From: Chiloscyllium plagiosum | Lineage: Eukaryota | Assembly: GCF_004010195.1 (NCBI RefSeq) | Contig: NC_057736.1 | Span: 26,885,579-26,949,578, forward strand | Direction: 5' to 3' | DNA: 64,000 nt | Part shown: piece after piece, positions 62,885-64,000 of the stretch | Layout of the letters: each line of letters begins with the position of its first letter | Position numbering within the stretch: position 1 is the stretch's first letter | Translations under genes and position numbers: made by a program | The notes under the pieces: generated by a model | What the model was told of the DNA's origin: nothing | Seen by the model: only the letters and a program-made list of their open reading frames with translations | The model's database searches: none

Positions 62885-64000
62885 TCTTTGTGTTCATTTG
62901 TGGGGCACAGGCACCATTGGCTGGCCAGCATTTATTGCCTGTCCCTAGATTCCCTTGATAAGGTGGTGGTAGTGAGCTGCCTTCTTGAACTGCTTTAGTC
63001 CATGTGCTGTAGGTAGACCCACAATTCCCTTGGGCAGGGAATTCCAGCATTTTGACTCAGCAACAGTGAAGGAAAAGTGATATATTTCCAAATCAGGATG
63101 GTGAATGACTTGATGGGGAACTTGCAGATGGTGGTGTTCCCTTGTAACTGCTGCCCTTGTCCTTGTGAATGGAAGTAGTCATGGATTTGGAAGGTGCTGT
63201 CTTAAGATCTTTGGTGAATTTCTGCATTCCATTTTGTAGATAGTACTGAACATCAGTAATGGAGAGAGTGGACACTTGCGCATGTTGTGCCAATGATTTG
63301 TTCTGGGTGGTGTCAAGCTTCTTGTGTCATTGGAGCTGCACCCATCTAGGCAAGCTGGAAGCATTCCATCACATTTCTGACATGCCTTGTAGATCATGGA
63401 TTGGCTTTCGGGAGTCAGGAGGTGAATTACTTGCTATTTCTAGCCTTTGACCTGCTCTTGTAGCCACTATGTTTATGTGGTGAGTCCAGTTGAGTATCTG
63501 GTCAATGGTAAACCCTCCAGATGTTAATATTGGGTTTTCAATGATGGTAACACTAATGCATGTAAGGAGCAATGGTTAGATGGTCATTTCCTGGCATTTG
63601 TGTGGCATGAATGTTATTTGCCATTTTTCAGCCCAATTCTCAATATTGTTCCGATCTTGTTGCATTTGAACATGAACTGCTTCAGTATCTGAGGAGTCGC
63701 AAATGGTACTGAACATTAGGCAATCACTGGTGGACATTCCCACTTTCGACCTTGTGATTGAGGGAAGGTCATTGATGAAGCAGCTGAAGATGGTTGGGCC
63801 TAGAACACTACCCTGAGGAGCTCCTGTAGAGATATCATGGATCTCCAACAATGACCTCCAGCAACTACGGCCATCTTCCTATGTGCCAGTTCTGACTTCA
63901 GGAGAATTTGCCCCCTGATATCCATTGATTCCAGTTTTGCTAGGGTTCCTTAATGTCATACTTAGTTGAATGCGGCCTTGATGTCAAGGACTTTGATTCT
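62885..64000 (-). mobile_element. CR1/L2-like LINE RT and 3' end
   Basis: GAPQGSVLGPTIFSCFINDL, WAEKWQITF..KC; its 3' tail matches the SINE tails at 40860-40920. Confidence 0.8.

Overview
Repeat-rich vertebrate DNA, very probably a shark (HE1-type V-SINEs and HER1/CR1 tails). It holds three host genes. (1) A complete six-exon RPL11 on + (4700-17707, 178 aa). (2) A complete two-coding-exon KLHL31-family BTB-BACK-Kelch gene on - (26824-23022, 639 aa); it lies between RPL11 and ELOA, so it is probably a KLHL31 paralog rather than the ortholog. (3) The first coding exon of ELOA (Elongin A) on + (56466-56540). The rest is layered TEs: a Tx1/L1 LINE nested in a Gmr1-type Gypsy element, CR1/HER1, L2 and RTE LINEs, Penelope elements, SINEs, a Tigger-type MITE and probable solo LTRs, plus two N gaps. 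The most notable signal is a population of several distinct short fold-back, Penelope-related elements with 11-15 bp target-site duplications that carry minimal hammerhead-ribozyme motifs (CUGANGA-stem-GAAA-CG-UC). One copy with both catalytic boxes intact lies in the sense strand of RPL11 intron 1. Other points: an inverted copy of the ELOA exon-1 splice donor upstream of its promoter, a poly(A) signal overlapping the RPL11 stop codon, and an unexplained CpG- and palindrome-rich island at about 33.9-37.2 kb. All analysis was by eye; TE boundaries are approximate.
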